Origin: Roseomonas nitratireducens
GTDB taxonomy: Bacteria; Pseudomonadota; Alphaproteobacteria; Acetobacterales; Acetobacteraceae
Assembly: GCF_017813355.1 (NCBI RefSeq)
Contig: NZ_JAGIYZ010000006.1
Location: forward strand, 1 to 24,000
Direction: 5' to 3'
Length of the DNA: 24,000 bases
Shown here: positions 6,355 to 17,591 of the stretch, piece after piece
Layout of the letters: each line of letters opens with the position of its first letter
Numbering within the stretch: position 1 is the first letter of the stretch
Made by a program: the position numbers and the translations under genes
The notes under the pieces: model-generated
What the model was told of the DNA's origin: nothing
Seen by the model: only the letters and a program-made list of their open reading frames with translations
Database searches by the model: none

Positions 6355-6540
6355 ATGGCACATCCCGCCATCGACGCCGCATCGGCCAAGCCGGACGCCA
6401 TGACGGACGAAGACGTCGCGGTGCTCGCGAAGCGGCATCGCATCTCGCCCGCCATCGTGCGGGAGATCATGCGCCGCACGGGCACGACCGACCGTTCCCA
6501 GGTGGAACGGGAGATCGCCAAGGGGAAGGCGCGCCGCTGA
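6355..6540 (+). CDS. Small hypothetical protein (61 aa; weak DUF3606-like resemblance)
   Basis: Third-position G/C is high (about 54 of 61 codons by hand count). The region DEDVAVLAKRHRISPAIVREIMRRTG looks helix-turn-helix-like. Confidence 0.5.
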   Translation: MAHPAIDAASAKPDAMTDEDVAVLAKRHRISPAIVREIMRRTGTTDRSQVEREIAKGKARR

Positions 6541-6682
6541 CATCGGCTGCCACGCGCGCATCCCCGCGCGCCGGCGGCATTCCTATCGTCACGAAGGCAC
6601 GCATGGCCGGCTGAACGCCGCGCCGTGCGATGCCGCGTTGCGTCCCGCATCGGCGGGGCAGTGGCTGGGATGATGGGAAGGG

Positions 6683-6756
6683 TGGCTGGGGGACCTGGAT
6701 TCGAACCAAGGCTGCCCGGGTCAGAGCCGGGAGTTCTACCGCTAAACTATCCCCCA
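6683..6756 (-). tRNA. tRNA-Gln (anticodon CUG)
   Basis: The reverse complement folds as a cloverleaf: TGGGGGA TA GTTT-AGCGGTA-GAAC T CCCGG-CTCTGAC-CCGGG CAGC CTTGG-TTCGAAT-CCAGG TCCCCCA G CCA. U1:A72 and G73 are typical of tRNA-Gln, and the CCA end is encoded. Confidence 0.95.
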
Positions 6757-7023
6757 ACGGGTCCCGATCTCTGTCGGGAGCGGGCACATAGCAAAACCGG
6801 GCGCCGCCGGCAACCTCCGCCATGCGGGACGCCTCCCGCGCCGCCGCCGTCACCGCGCCGGCCCGCGGCGCGCGGGCCCGCCGGCCAAGGTTCCTCGGCC
6901 CCCGCTCGGCGCGCCGATCCGCCGCCACTGGCCACGTACCGTGGAAAGCGCTTGCCCCGCGCCCCACATGTCCGGATCATTCTGCGGCGACCCGCGCCTC
7001 CCGTCGCCGGTCCGGATTGCGAG

Positions 7024-8082
7024 ATGCCCGAGATCCTGCCCCGTTGCGCGACCGATGCCCCGCCCGAGCGGCCGGCGCGCGCCGAGCATGCGCCGCCGGC
7101 CTTCGCCGCGCTCGACCTCGGCACCAACAATTGCCGGCTGCTCATCGCTGCGCCCGGCCCGGGCGGGTTCCGCGTGCTCGATTCCTTCAGCCGGATCGTC
7201 CGGCTGGGGGAAGGGCTCGCCCAGACGGGGCGGCTGTCCGACACCGCGATGGACCGCGCCGCGGCGGCGCTGCGCGCCTGCGCCGACAAGCTCGGCCGCC
7301 GCCCGGTGCGGCGGCTGGAGGCGGTGGCGACCGAAGCCTGCCGCCGCGCGGAGAACGGGCCCGCCTTCCTCGCCCGCATTGCCGAGGAGACGGGGCTCCG
7401 CCTGCGCATCATCTCGGCGCGGGAGGAAGCGGAACTCGCGATGGAATCCTGCGCGCCGCTGCTCGAGACGGTGGACCGGCGCGCATTGCTGTTCGACATC
7501 GGCGGCGGCAGCACCGAGATCGCCTGGATCCGCGTGCCCGCGGGCGCGGCCGATGGCGCGCCGCCGGACCTGATCGGCTATGTCTCGCTGCCGCTCGGCG
7601 TCGTGACGCTCGCCGAAAGGGCAGGGCAGGACTGCTTCACCGAACGCGGCTTCTTCGAGGTGGTGGAGGAGGTTGCGACGCATCTCGCCGAATTCGACCG
7701 CATCCACCGCATCGGGCAGGAGATCCGCGCCGGCGGCGTGCGGCTGATGGGCACCTCCGGCACCGTGACGACCCTCGCCGGCGTGGCGATGGCGCTGCCG
7801 CGCTACCGGCGGCCGCTGGTCGATGGCAAGACGCTGGATTGCGAGGCGGCGGACCTCGCCCTGGGAGACCTGTTCGCGCTCGGTCGCAAGGGGCTCGCGG
7901 AACATCCCTGCGTCGGGCCTGACCGGGTGGAATTCGTGCTGCCGGGCTGCGCGGTGTATGCCGCGATCCGCCGGGTGTGGCCGACGCCGCGCCTGACGGT
8001 GGCGGATCGCGGGCTGCGGGAAGGGATGCTGACCCGCATGATGCGGGCCGAGCGCGCCGCGCCGCGCCGCCGCGCACGATAG
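7024..8082 (+). CDS. Ppx/GppA-family phosphatase (exopolyphosphatase-like)
   Basis: AALDLGTNNCRLLIA (phosphate-1 motif), LFDIGGGSTEI and GTSGTVTTLA are ASKHA-fold motifs. The start is set at ATG 7024 because the track's 6625 start runs through the tRNA gene. Confidence 0.85.
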   Translation: MPEILPRCATDAPPERPARAEHAPPAFAALDLGTNNCRLLIAAPGPGGFRVLDSFSRIVRLGEGLAQTGRLSDTAMDRAAAALRACADKLGRRPVRRLEAVATEACRRAENGPAFLARIAEETGLRLRIISAREEAELAMESCAPLLETVDRRALLFDIGGGSTEIAWIRVPAGAADGAPPDLIGYVSLPLGVVTLAERAGQDCFTERGFFEVVEEVATHLAEFDRIHRIGQEIRAGGVRLMGTSGTVTTLAGVAMALPRYRRPLVDGKTLDCEAADLALGDLFALGRKGLAEHPCVGPDRVEFVLPGCAVYAAIRRVWPTPRLTVADRGLREGMLTRMMRAERAAPRRRAR

Positions 8083-8095
8083 AAGGAAGCGAGGA

Positions 8096-8776
8096 ATGGC
8101 GAAGAAGCCGCCGGCCGCCGGGCGCGGCATGGCGACCCGCCTGCGCACGGCGGAGGGCCGCAGCACCGCGTCCCAGCGCTGGCTGACGCGGCAGCTGAAC
8201 GACCCCTATGTGAAGGCCGCCAAGGAACGCGGGCTGCGGTCCCGCGCCGCCTTCAAGCTGCTTGAGATGGATGAGCGGCTGAAGCTGCTGAAGCCCGGGA
8301 TGCGGGTGGTCGACCTCGGCGCCGCGCCGGGCGGCTGGACGCAGGTGGCGGTGAAGGCGGTCGGCGCGCGCGGCCAGGTCGTCGCGATCGACATCCTGCC
8401 GATGGACCCGGTGCCCGGCGCCACGGTGCTGCAGGGCGACTTCCAGGAGCAGGAGGCCGAGGAGCGCACCATCGCCGCCATGGGCGGCAAGGCCGACCTG
8501 GTGCTGTCGGACATGGCGCCGAACACCACCGGGCACCAGGCGACGGACCACCTGCGCATCATGGCGCTGGCCGAGATCGCGCTGGATTTCGCGCGGCGCG
8601 TGCTGGCGCCGGGCGGGGCCTTCGCGGCGAAGGTGCTGCAAGGCGGCACGGAAGCCGAGATGCTGGCCGTTCTGAAGCGGGATTTTTCGACCGTGCGGCA
8701 CGTCAAGCCGCCGGCCAGCCGGAAGGACAGCGCCGAGATGTACGTGGTGGCGACGGGCTTCCGCGGCGGCGCCTGA
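8096..8776 (+). CDS. rlmE: 23S rRNA (uridine2552-2'-O)-methyltransferase RlmE/FtsJ
   Basis: SQRWLTRQLNDPYVKAAKERGLRSRAAFKLLEMDE..VVDLGAAPGGWTQVA..VLSDMAPNTTG is a canonical FtsJ signature. Confidence 0.95.
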   Translation: MAKKPPAAGRGMATRLRTAEGRSTASQRWLTRQLNDPYVKAAKERGLRSRAAFKLLEMDERLKLLKPGMRVVDLGAAPGGWTQVAVKAVGARGQVVAIDILPMDPVPGATVLQGDFQEQEAEERTIAAMGGKADLVLSDMAPNTTGHQATDHLRIMALAEIALDFARRVLAPGGAFAAKVLQGGTEAEMLAVLKRDFSTVRHVKPPASRKDSAEMYVVATGFRGGA

Positions 8777-8782
8777 CCGCGG

Positions 8783-9394
8783 CTATTTCCGCCGCACGAT
8801 CCAGCCCGACATCTTTCCGGTCTTGAACCGTATCGTCCCCGCGCTGAGTTCCGTCGGGTGCACGTCCCCGTCGCCGGGGTCGTTGATCATGGCGTAGCTC
8901 TTGCCGCCGAAGTCGGATGTTTCGTCCACCAGCACGAAATGCGCGCCGCCGCCGTCCCACATGACATGCGCGATGCAGGGCGCGCCGGCTGCGACCGCGC
9001 CCTTGATCGCCGCCCCCATGCCCGCTTCGCCCGCCCAGTGGCATTCCCACGCGCCGAGGCCGAGCTTCGCCAGCACCTCGGGGTGCTTCTTGGCGTTGGT
9101 GTAGGACGTGCCGTCATAGGTGCTGCCGATCACCTCGCCATAGATCTTGTAGACCTCAGGCTCGGACTTCACGGCGTAGTCGATCGCCGACTTGGCCAGC
9201 GTCGGTCCGATGTACTTGCCCACGATGGGCACGACCGACACCTGCGCGCCGGCCGCCATGCCGGCGAACATCATCCCCTTCTTCATCTTGAAGTTCGCCA
9301 TCAGGATGCAGGCGATGCCGCAGGAATTCACGTTCTCCTGCTTGTGCACCACATGGGCGGTCAGGAAGCGCGTGAAGCGGATGAACCAGGCCAT
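8783..9394 (-). CDS. Leaderless C39-like (papain-fold) cysteine peptidase domain protein
   Basis: HKQENVNSCGIACILMA carries the Gln-x5-Cys-Gly motif. GGGAHFVLVDE carries the His and MINDPGDG the Asp. There is no signal peptide. The protein is Lys-rich and the gene looks less GC-rich than its neighbours. Confidence 0.7.
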   Translation of the reverse strand: MAWFIRFTRFLTAHVVHKQENVNSCGIACILMANFKMKKGMMFAGMAAGAQVSVVPIVGKYIGPTLAKSAIDYAVKSEPEVYKIYGEVIGSTYDGTSYTNAKKHPEVLAKLGLGAWECHWAGEAGMGAAIKGAVAAGAPCIAHVMWDGGGAHFVLVDETSDFGGKSYAMINDPGDGDVHPTELSAGTIRFKTGKMSGWIVRRK

Positions 9395-9424
9395 GGCGGG
9401 TGCGTCCCATCGGGTCAGCCTAAC

Positions 9425-10165
9425 CTAGGCCATTTTCGTCTCTGCGCCATGAAGCGTTGCAGCGGGGCGCCGAAGGAAGGACAGCGTGCCGCGCTCCGGC
9501 GCGTCGACGCGCTCCCGCGCGAGGGTGTGGGTCGGCGCGAGCAGCGCCTCGATCGCCGCGCGATCCGCGAGGCTGTGGTATTCGAGGTGGACCGTCCCGA
9601 CCTCGGCGAGCAGTCCGCCGAGCGCGCGAAGGATGGGCAGCTCGGCGCCTTCCGTGTCGATCTTCAGCAGGTCGAAGCCGGCGCAGCCGATGGCCGTGGC
9701 GGCTTCCTCGGCGAAGCGGCCGGCATGGCGCAGTGCGACGTCGACGCGCTCATTCGCGATGCCGGGCGCCGGAAGGTCGTAGAGCGTGCTGACGACCGAG
9801 ATCGAGGAGGAGGCGAAGGGCGCCTGCCCATCCCGGTCGAGCAGCGCGACCTGGTGCGCCGTGCAGCGGCCGATCCGCCGCGCATTCTCGGCGAGGATGG
9901 GGAAGGTCGCCGGGTCGGGCTCGACGCAGACGATCGTCGCCTCCGGATAGGCCAGCCGGAAGAAGGCGGCGGTGATCCCCTGGTTGGCGCCGACATCGAG
10001 GATGGCCCGCGGCGCGGCGGCGCCGGGAATCGGGGCGTAGGTCCCGTGCTCGAACACTTCCCGCAGCACGAGCCTGGAGCTCGTGTCGTTGCGCAGCTCG
10101 ACCTCGAGCCGCGCGGCGTCGTTGGAGATCGCCACCGGGACCTTCGCTGCGTGACGGAAGGACAT
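9425..10165 (-). CDS. FkbM-family SAM-dependent methyltransferase
   Basis: ILDVGANQGITAAFF..VCVEPDPATFPILAENA and FDLLKIDTEGAELPIL are FkbM hallmarks. The start is chosen at ATG 10165 (MSFRH..), which has AGGGG upstream. The track's longer form up to 10267 was rejected. Confidence 0.85.
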   Translation of the reverse strand: MSFRHAAKVPVAISNDAARLEVELRNDTSSRLVLREVFEHGTYAPIPGAAAPRAILDVGANQGITAAFFRLAYPEATIVCVEPDPATFPILAENARRIGRCTAHQVALLDRDGQAPFASSSISVVSTLYDLPAPGIANERVDVALRHAGRFAEEAATAIGCAGFDLLKIDTEGAELPILRALGGLLAEVGTVHLEYHSLADRAAIEALLAPTHTLARERVDAPERGTLSFLRRPAATLHGAETKMA

Positions 10166-10216
10166 GCCAACCCCTGATCCGGCCTGTTCCGGGCGCCCCG
10201 GCGGCCCCGCGCGTGA

Positions 10217-11908
<1,692 letters not shown>

Positions 11909-11978
11909 TCGCTGCTGACCTGTTGGCGAGGCCGCATCTTCTCGGCCATGCTGCGAATCGGGTTGGGGGTTCGCACGC

Positions 11979-12656
11979 ATGTCCGCGCCTGAAGCGGTCA
12001 TTTTCGATGCCTATGGCACGCTGTTCGATGTGAACGCGGCGATGGAGGCGCATGCGCGTCGCCTCGGCGACCGCTGGCCGCGCCTGTCCGAGGAATGGCG
12101 CGCGAAGCAGCTGGAATACACCTGGGTGCGCAGCCTGACCGGCGCCGCGTACCACGAGGATTTCTGGCTCTGCACGCGTGACGCGCTCGATTTCGTCTTC
12201 GCCCGGCATGGCATCGACGACCCGGCCCTGGCGAAGGACCTGATGGAATCCTACCGGAAGCTGCCCGTCTATCCCGAGGTGCCGGCGACGCTCGCCGCGA
12301 TCCGGGAACAGGGGATCGCGACCGCAATCCTGTCCAACGGCACGCCGGGGATGCTCGAGGCCGCGGCGCAGGCGGCCGGCATCGCATCCCTGGTGGACGA
12401 GATCCTGAGCGTGGAGGAGGTCGGCACCTTCAAGCCCGACCCGCGCGTCTATCGCCTCGCCACGCGGCAGTTCGGCTGCCCGCCGGACCGGCTGCTCTTC
12501 GTCTCGGCCAATGCCTGGGACACGCAGGCGGCGCACGCCTTCAACATGCGCGTCGCGCGGGTGAACCGCGCCGGCGCGCCGGACGAATATGGCCTCGGCG
12601 CCGCGGGCGTCGCCGTGCTGACGGACCTGTCCGGGCTGACAGACCTCCTCGCGTGA
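11979..12656 (+). CDS. Haloacid dehalogenase type II (HAD superfamily)
   Basis: VIFDAYGTLFDV (nucleophile Asp motif), EWRAKQLEYTW, ILSNG and SANAWD. Confidence 0.85.
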   Translation: MSAPEAVIFDAYGTLFDVNAAMEAHARRLGDRWPRLSEEWRAKQLEYTWVRSLTGAAYHEDFWLCTRDALDFVFARHGIDDPALAKDLMESYRKLPVYPEVPATLAAIREQGIATAILSNGTPGMLEAAAQAAGIASLVDEILSVEEVGTFKPDPRVYRLATRQFGCPPDRLLFVSANAWDTQAAHAFNMRVARVNRAGAPDEYGLGAAGVAVLTDLSGLTDLLA

Positions 12657-12681
12657 CCCTTCCACACAACGGGCGCGCGGC

Positions 12682-14007
12682 ATGACGCCCTCCGGCCGCG
12701 TCGCGGCAGCCATCGCCCTGCTCGTCGAGCTGGAGGCGCAGTGTTTCGCGCCAGACGCACGGCGCCGCCCCGCCGATGCGGTGGCGAGCGACTTCTTCCG
12801 CGCCCGCCGCTTCATCGGCGGGGGCGACCGTCGCGCCGTGTCCGAGCTGGGCTGGGGCGTGGTGCGCCAGCGGCTGCGGCTCGACTGGCACATCGCGCGC
12901 ATCGGGCTCGTCCCGACGCCGCGGCTGCTCGTGATCGCCTACCTGCTGCTGGTCGAACGGCGGCCGCGGCAGGAGGCCGAGGCGCTGTTCGACGACACGC
13001 ATTTCGGCCCGGCCGCGCTCGATGCCGTGGAACGGCGTGCCGCCGCGGCGCTGGCCGGGCGCGCGCTGGTCGATCCCGCCATGCCCGAGGGGCCGCGGCT
13101 CAACCTGCCGGACTGGGTGCTGCCGGGCTTCGCGACGCGCTTCGGCGCCCGCCTGGCCGAGGAGGCGGCGGCGCTGGAGGGCGAGGCGCCGCTCGACCTG
13201 CGCGCCAACCTGCTCAAGACCGATCTCGCCGCCGCTGCCGTCGCCCTGGCGGCGGAAGGGATCGAGGCGCAGGCCACGCCCTTTTCCCCCTGGGGCCTGC
13301 GCCTGCCTTCCCGCCGGCCGGTCACCGGCGCCAAGGCCTATCGCGACGGGCTGGTCGAGGTGCAGGACGAAGGCAGCCAGCTCATCGCGCTGCTGGCCGA
13401 TGCCCGGCCCGGCATGCGGGTCGCGGATTACTGCGCCGGCGCTGCGGGCAAGACGCTGGCCATGGCCGCGACCATGGGCAATCGCGGGAAGATCACGGCC
13501 TGCGACACCTCCGCCGTGCGGCTGGAAGGGGCGGGCAAGCGGCTGCGGCGCGCGGGCGTGGACAATGCCGAGCGGCACCTGCTGGAGCCCGGCGATCGCT
13601 GGGCGAAGCGGCGCGGCGGGACCTTCGACCGGGTGCTGGTGGATGCGCCCTGCACCGGCACGGGCACCTGGCGGCGCAATCCGGATGCGCGGCTGCGCAC
13701 GCGAATCGAGGATCTTCAAGAACTTACCGCGGTGCAGCATGACATTCTGCGGAGGGCGGCGGAATTGGTGCGCCCCGGCGGACGGTTGATCTACGCTACC
13801 TGTTCCCTCCTGCCTCAGGAGAATGAGGAGCAGATGGCCCGCTTCCTGGCGCTCGATGCGCGCTTCGCCCCGGTGCCGTTCGATCGGCTCTGGCCGGCGC
13901 TGCGCCCGGGCGTGCCGGCGCCGTGCGAGGGGCCATGGCTCGCGCTCTCCCCCGCCGCTCAAGGGACGGATGGCTTCTTCTGCGCGGTGCTGGAGCGCGC
14001 GTCGTGA
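12682..14007 (+). CDS. rsmB: RsmB/NOP-family rRNA cytosine-C5 methyltransferase
   Basis: GLVEVQDEGSQL, DYCAGAAGKT, VLVDAPCTGTGTWRRNPD and LIYATCSL are present. The symbol is tentative. Confidence 0.85.
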   Translation: MTPSGRVAAAIALLVELEAQCFAPDARRRPADAVASDFFRARRFIGGGDRRAVSELGWGVVRQRLRLDWHIARIGLVPTPRLLVIAYLLLVERRPRQEAEALFDDTHFGPAALDAVERRAAAALAGRALVDPAMPEGPRLNLPDWVLPGFATRFGARLAEEAAALEGEAPLDLRANLLKTDLAAAAVALAAEGIEAQATPFSPWGLRLPSRRPVTGAKAYRDGLVEVQDEGSQLIALLADARPGMRVADYCAGAAGKTLAMAATMGNRGKITACDTSAVRLEGAGKRLRRAGVDNAERHLLEPGDRWAKRRGGTFDRVLVDAPCTGTGTWRRNPDARLRTRIEDLQELTAVQHDILRRAAELVRPGGRLIYATCSLLPQENEEQMARFLALDARFAPVPFDRLWPALRPGVPAPCEGPWLALSPAAQGTDGFFCAVLERAS

Positions 14008-14567
14008 TCAGCATCCGCCGCGCGCGGCCCGGCGACGCCGTGGCGATCGGCGCGATCCACGCCGCGGTGTGGCGTTCGACCTATGCGGGCATCCTGCCGG
14101 ATGCCTTCCTGTCCGCCCTGTCCGAGGCGCGGCTGGCCGGCTTCTACCAGCGCGCCATCCTCGACCGGCGCGAAGGCCATGCGGTGTTCGTCGCGGTGGC
14201 CGGAGGCGCCGATTCCACGGGCGGGCCGAAGGTGGTGGGCTTCGCCTCCGGCGGGCGGGCCCGGCGGCAGGGCATCGCGGAGGGCGAGGTCGAGACGCTC
14301 TACCTGCTCGAGGATTGGCGGGAGCGGGGCGCGGGGCGCCGCCTGATGCGCGCCATGGGGGCGCATCTGCGCGCGGTGGGCTGCCGGTCCGCCATGCTCT
14401 GGGTGCTGCGGGACAACCCGACGCGGTGGTTCTACGAACATCTCGGCGGGCGGGAGACGGCGCGGGAGACGATCCGCGTCGGCGGCGAGGCGGTGGAGCA
14501 GGCGGCCTTCACCTGGGACCCGATCGAGGCGCTGCTGGCAGCGACGGCGCCGGCCGGGGAAGGGTAG
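14004..14567 (+). CDS. GNAT-family N-acetyltransferase
   Basis: The GTG at 14004 overlaps the rsmB stop (GTGA). IRRARPGDAVAIGAIH.. and the acetyl-CoA loop WRERGAGRRLM are present. Confidence 0.8.
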   Translation: MISIRRARPGDAVAIGAIHAAVWRSTYAGILPDAFLSALSEARLAGFYQRAILDRREGHAVFVAVAGGADSTGGPKVVGFASGGRARRQGIAEGEVETLYLLEDWRERGAGRRLMRAMGAHLRAVGCRSAMLWVLRDNPTRWFYEHLGGRETARETIRVGGEAVEQAAFTWDPIEALLAATAPAGEG

Positions 14568-14630
14568 GGGCAGGGCCGCCGCGCGCGACGCGAAGGCCGC
14601 CCCCGTTCCGGCCCGGGTCGATCCTGGCCA

Positions 14631-15596
14631 TCAGGTGCGGATCCGCGCCAGCAGCGCCAGCGTCGCCCCCCAGCCCAGCCGCAACGGCCGCCAGAAGCGC
14701 AGCCCCAGCAGCGCCGGCAGCAGGATCGTCCAGAGCGTCCCGAGCATCAGCACCAGCTCGCCCTCCGGCGGGGCGAGGCCGATCGCCGCGGTCCAGAGCA
14801 GGCTGACATTCCGCACGGCGCCGCCCAGGGCGAAGCTCGCGACGAATCCCCGCGCCATCATCGCGGCCGACAGCATCCCCAGCGCCGCGCCGACCAGGGA
14901 TGCCAGGAACAGCCCCACCATCGCCTCGCCCAGGACCGCGGGCATCACAGCGAGCCGCGGCAGGCCGGCGGCGAGGGAGAGCGTGATGCCGCACAGCGCC
15001 ACCACCCCCAGCCCGCGCATCGGTCGCGCCAGCACCGCCCGCCGATGCTCGCCCAGCAGCCGGCACATCAGGAAGCCGAGCAGCGCGGGTGCCGCGACCA
15101 TCAGCACCACGCGCCACAGCAGTTCGAAGGGGCTGACCACCTTGCCCTGCAGCACGAAGCCGGCGACGAGCGGCGCGGTCAGCGGCAGGGCGAAGAAGCA
15201 CAGCAGCTGGCTCAGGAGCAGCGGCCGGACCGGCAGGCGCAGCAGCGAGGCGACCAGCACCGCGCCGCCGGAGGCCGGACAGGCCGCGACCAGCACCAGC
15301 CATCCGCCGGCCTCGTCCAGCCCGGTGGCCAGGGCGATGCCGTGGACCAGCAAAGGGGTGCCGAGCAGGTTGCAGGCCGCGAGCAGCAGCACGGGCAGCC
15401 ATTCCCGGCCATGGATCCTGCCCGGCTCGGCCAGGCCCACGCTCATGGCCTGCAGCAGGATGACGCAGGGGATCAGGACCGCTTGGCCGAGCAGCGCCAG
15501 CGGCGGCACGGCGAGACCGAGCACGAACACGACCGGCGGCGCGAAGAGCCCGAAATCACCGATGCGGCCGAGGATGCCCGCCAGCGCGGCCCTCAA
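14631..15596 (-). CDS. Polytopic membrane transporter, bile acid:Na+ symporter (BASS/SBF-like) family
   Basis: There are about 10 hydrophobic segments. The ACPASGGA and GGAVRNVSL motifs resemble the two BASS signature regions. The start is a TTG at 15596 and is uncertain. Confidence 0.6.
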   Translation of the reverse strand: MRAALAGILGRIGDFGLFAPPVVFVLGLAVPPLALLGQAVLIPCVILLQAMSVGLAEPGRIHGREWLPVLLLAACNLLGTPLLVHGIALATGLDEAGGWLVLVAACPASGGAVLVASLLRLPVRPLLLSQLLCFFALPLTAPLVAGFVLQGKVVSPFELLWRVVLMVAAPALLGFLMCRLLGEHRRAVLARPMRGLGVVALCGITLSLAAGLPRLAVMPAVLGEAMVGLFLASLVGAALGMLSAAMMARGFVASFALGGAVRNVSLLWTAAIGLAPPEGELVLMLGTLWTILLPALLGLRFWRPLRLGWGATLALLARIRT

Positions 15597-16168
15597 TGGT
15601 CGCGGCCGGGCGGGATCGCGACAGGTGACGCAGCCGCATCGGCGGCCGCCTTGCCCGACCGCGCCGGGGCGAAGGCGGGGCGGTATGGCCGGCCGGTGGC
15701 GCCGGGCACCGTCGCCGGGCGCGGGGGTGCGGACGACGCGCCTCCCACGATCGCGGCCACGACGACCGCGGTCCGTTCATCGCGCGCGCCGAGGCGGCGC
15801 ATACCGGCCGGCCAAGCGACTGTGCCGGCACGCGCCGGCATGGCGCGCGAGGCCAAGGGATGATGCGCGTGGCGCGAAGAGGGCCTGGTCAATCCGCGGC
15901 CCCGGGGCTTTCCGCGCCGGGGCGACGGAGGCGGATCACGGACGAGGCGTCCGACCGCATGGCTCGCCTCGCTCCCACGGCACTCTCCGTCGCATGGCGC
16001 AGTGTCGCGGCGGGCTGCCACGCGCGCGCCGCAGCCGGCCTGGTGGCGCGCGGGTGAGCTTCGGGCCGCGAGGCCCGGCCTTCTATGTCGATTGCGAAGA
16101 TCGCGGACCGATCGCGCAGACATCGCGTCCGCGCGCCGCGGCGCGCGAACGCGCCGGCCGGATCGGGA

Positions 16169-17236
16169 TCAGTCCGTTCGGCGCGGCCGCGGCGGTGGCA
16201 GGCGGAGATCCCCGACGGGGCTCTCGCCATAGGCGGCACGGTACATGCGCGCGAAGCGGCCAGGATTGGTGAAGCCGAAGCGCAGGGCGAGCTCCGTGAC
16301 CGTGCCGCGCGCCTCGCCCGAGCGGAGGGCCTGCCGCGCCGCCTCGAGCCGCGCCCGGCGAATGGCCTCCAGCGGCGTCATGTCGCGGAATCGCTGGAAG
16401 CCTTGTTGCAGGCTGCGCACGCTGCAGCCCGCCGCGTCGGCGACGTCGTGAAGCGCGATCGGTGCCTCGACATTGGCCCTGATGTACGCTTCCGCGCGCT
16501 TCACGGTGGCGGGGATGGCGGGGCTCGACGCCTGCAGCAGGCGCTGCGAATGGCTGTGCGGCACGGCGTGCAGCAGCGTGTAGACGAGCAGGTCGGAGAA
16601 GGACCGGCTGGCGATCGCGTTGCCGGCGAAGGGCAGGGGCGACGCCATTTCCTCCGCCATCAGCCGCAGCACGCGCTGCAGGCTCTGCGCCGGGCCGGTG
16701 GACCAGTCGAAGACGGGCTCGAAGGCCAGGTCCTTCCCGACGGGACCACCCAGCGCGGCCGACAGGCGCTGGACCAGCGCCGCGGCGGGGATCCAGATCG
16801 CCAGCCTCTCGTGATCGCCGGTGGCGGCAAGGCTCGTGCCCGGCACGCCGCGGTAGATCAGCCCGAGCTTCTCGTCGATCCGGGGCAGCGACTTCGCGCC
16901 GGGAATGCCGGTGCAGTCAAGCGCGCCGCGGCGCACCGCGGTCAGGCAATAGTCGGGCAGGCCGTCATTCGCGATCATCAGCTTCGCGGCCAACCGGTCC
17001 GCGATGTAGGCGACGTCGAACTCCCCCACGCCGCTCGCGCCGCGGAGGGCGACGGTCCCGCCGGGGGCGTCGAGCGTGCCGGCGCGATCCTGGATGCGAT
17101 ACCGCAGCGACTTGAACTTCGGCGCGAGGAAGTGGGGCTCGAGCTGCGGCCAGTAGACGCCGCTCTCCAACTCCCGCAGGTCGCCGATGCGCGCGGCCTT
17201 GAACCCCTGGGGCGGGCTGGCGGTCTCGCCGTTCAT
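16169..17236 (-). CDS. AraC-family transcriptional regulator
   Basis: The C-terminal double helix-turn-helix reads [22 protein letters not shown]...[28 protein letters not shown]. The N-terminal region looks like an AraC-type effector-binding domain. Confidence 0.9.
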   Translation of the reverse strand: MNGETASPPQGFKAARIGDLRELESGVYWPQLEPHFLAPKFKSLRYRIQDRAGTLDAPGGTVALRGASGVGEFDVAYIADRLAAKLMIANDGLPDYCLTAVRRGALDCTGIPGAKSLPRIDEKLGLIYRGVPGTSLAATGDHERLAIWIPAAALVQRLSAALGGPVGKDLAFEPVFDWSTGPAQSLQRVLRLMAEEMASPLPFAGNAIASRSFSDLLVYTLLHAVPHSHSQRLLQASSPAIPATVKRAEAYIRANVEAPIALHDVADAAGCSVRSLQQGFQRFRDMTPLEAIRRARLEAARQALRSGEARGTVTELALRFGFTNPGRFARMYRAAYGESPVGDLRLPPPRPRRTD

Positions 17237-17591
17237 CCTTGGCCGCGGCCCGCTGATCGGCGGCTGCGCGCGGGCCGCGCATCAGGGCACGGCCGAGGCG
17301 GGCGCGCCCGGAGCCGCGAAGACTGTCGCCACGGGATCGGCTTTGGCATCGGCAAGCCCCCCAGGGCGCGATGCCGCCCGGAAGTCCGGGCCGGCGCGCC
17401 ACCACACAGGCGCGATGATGGCGCTTCGCGGCCCGGCGCAAAAGCGGTTCGCGCGATCCTTCCGCGCATGGGCTGTTCCGGGGGAGGCGGGTGCCCGATG
17501 CGGCCTGGTCCGGCGGGAAGCAGCCCGGCCTGCGGGCGGGGGAAGGCGGGGTCGGTCTTGCCCGCGCCGCGCCTTCATGCTTCACGCCGCC

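Noticed and set aside
6625-7023. N-terminal extension of the Ppx/GppA ORF.
   Set aside because: It runs straight through the tRNA-Gln gene on the opposite strand and is Pro/Arg-rich. The conserved Ppx N-terminal motif (DLGTNN) begins shortly after ATG 7024.
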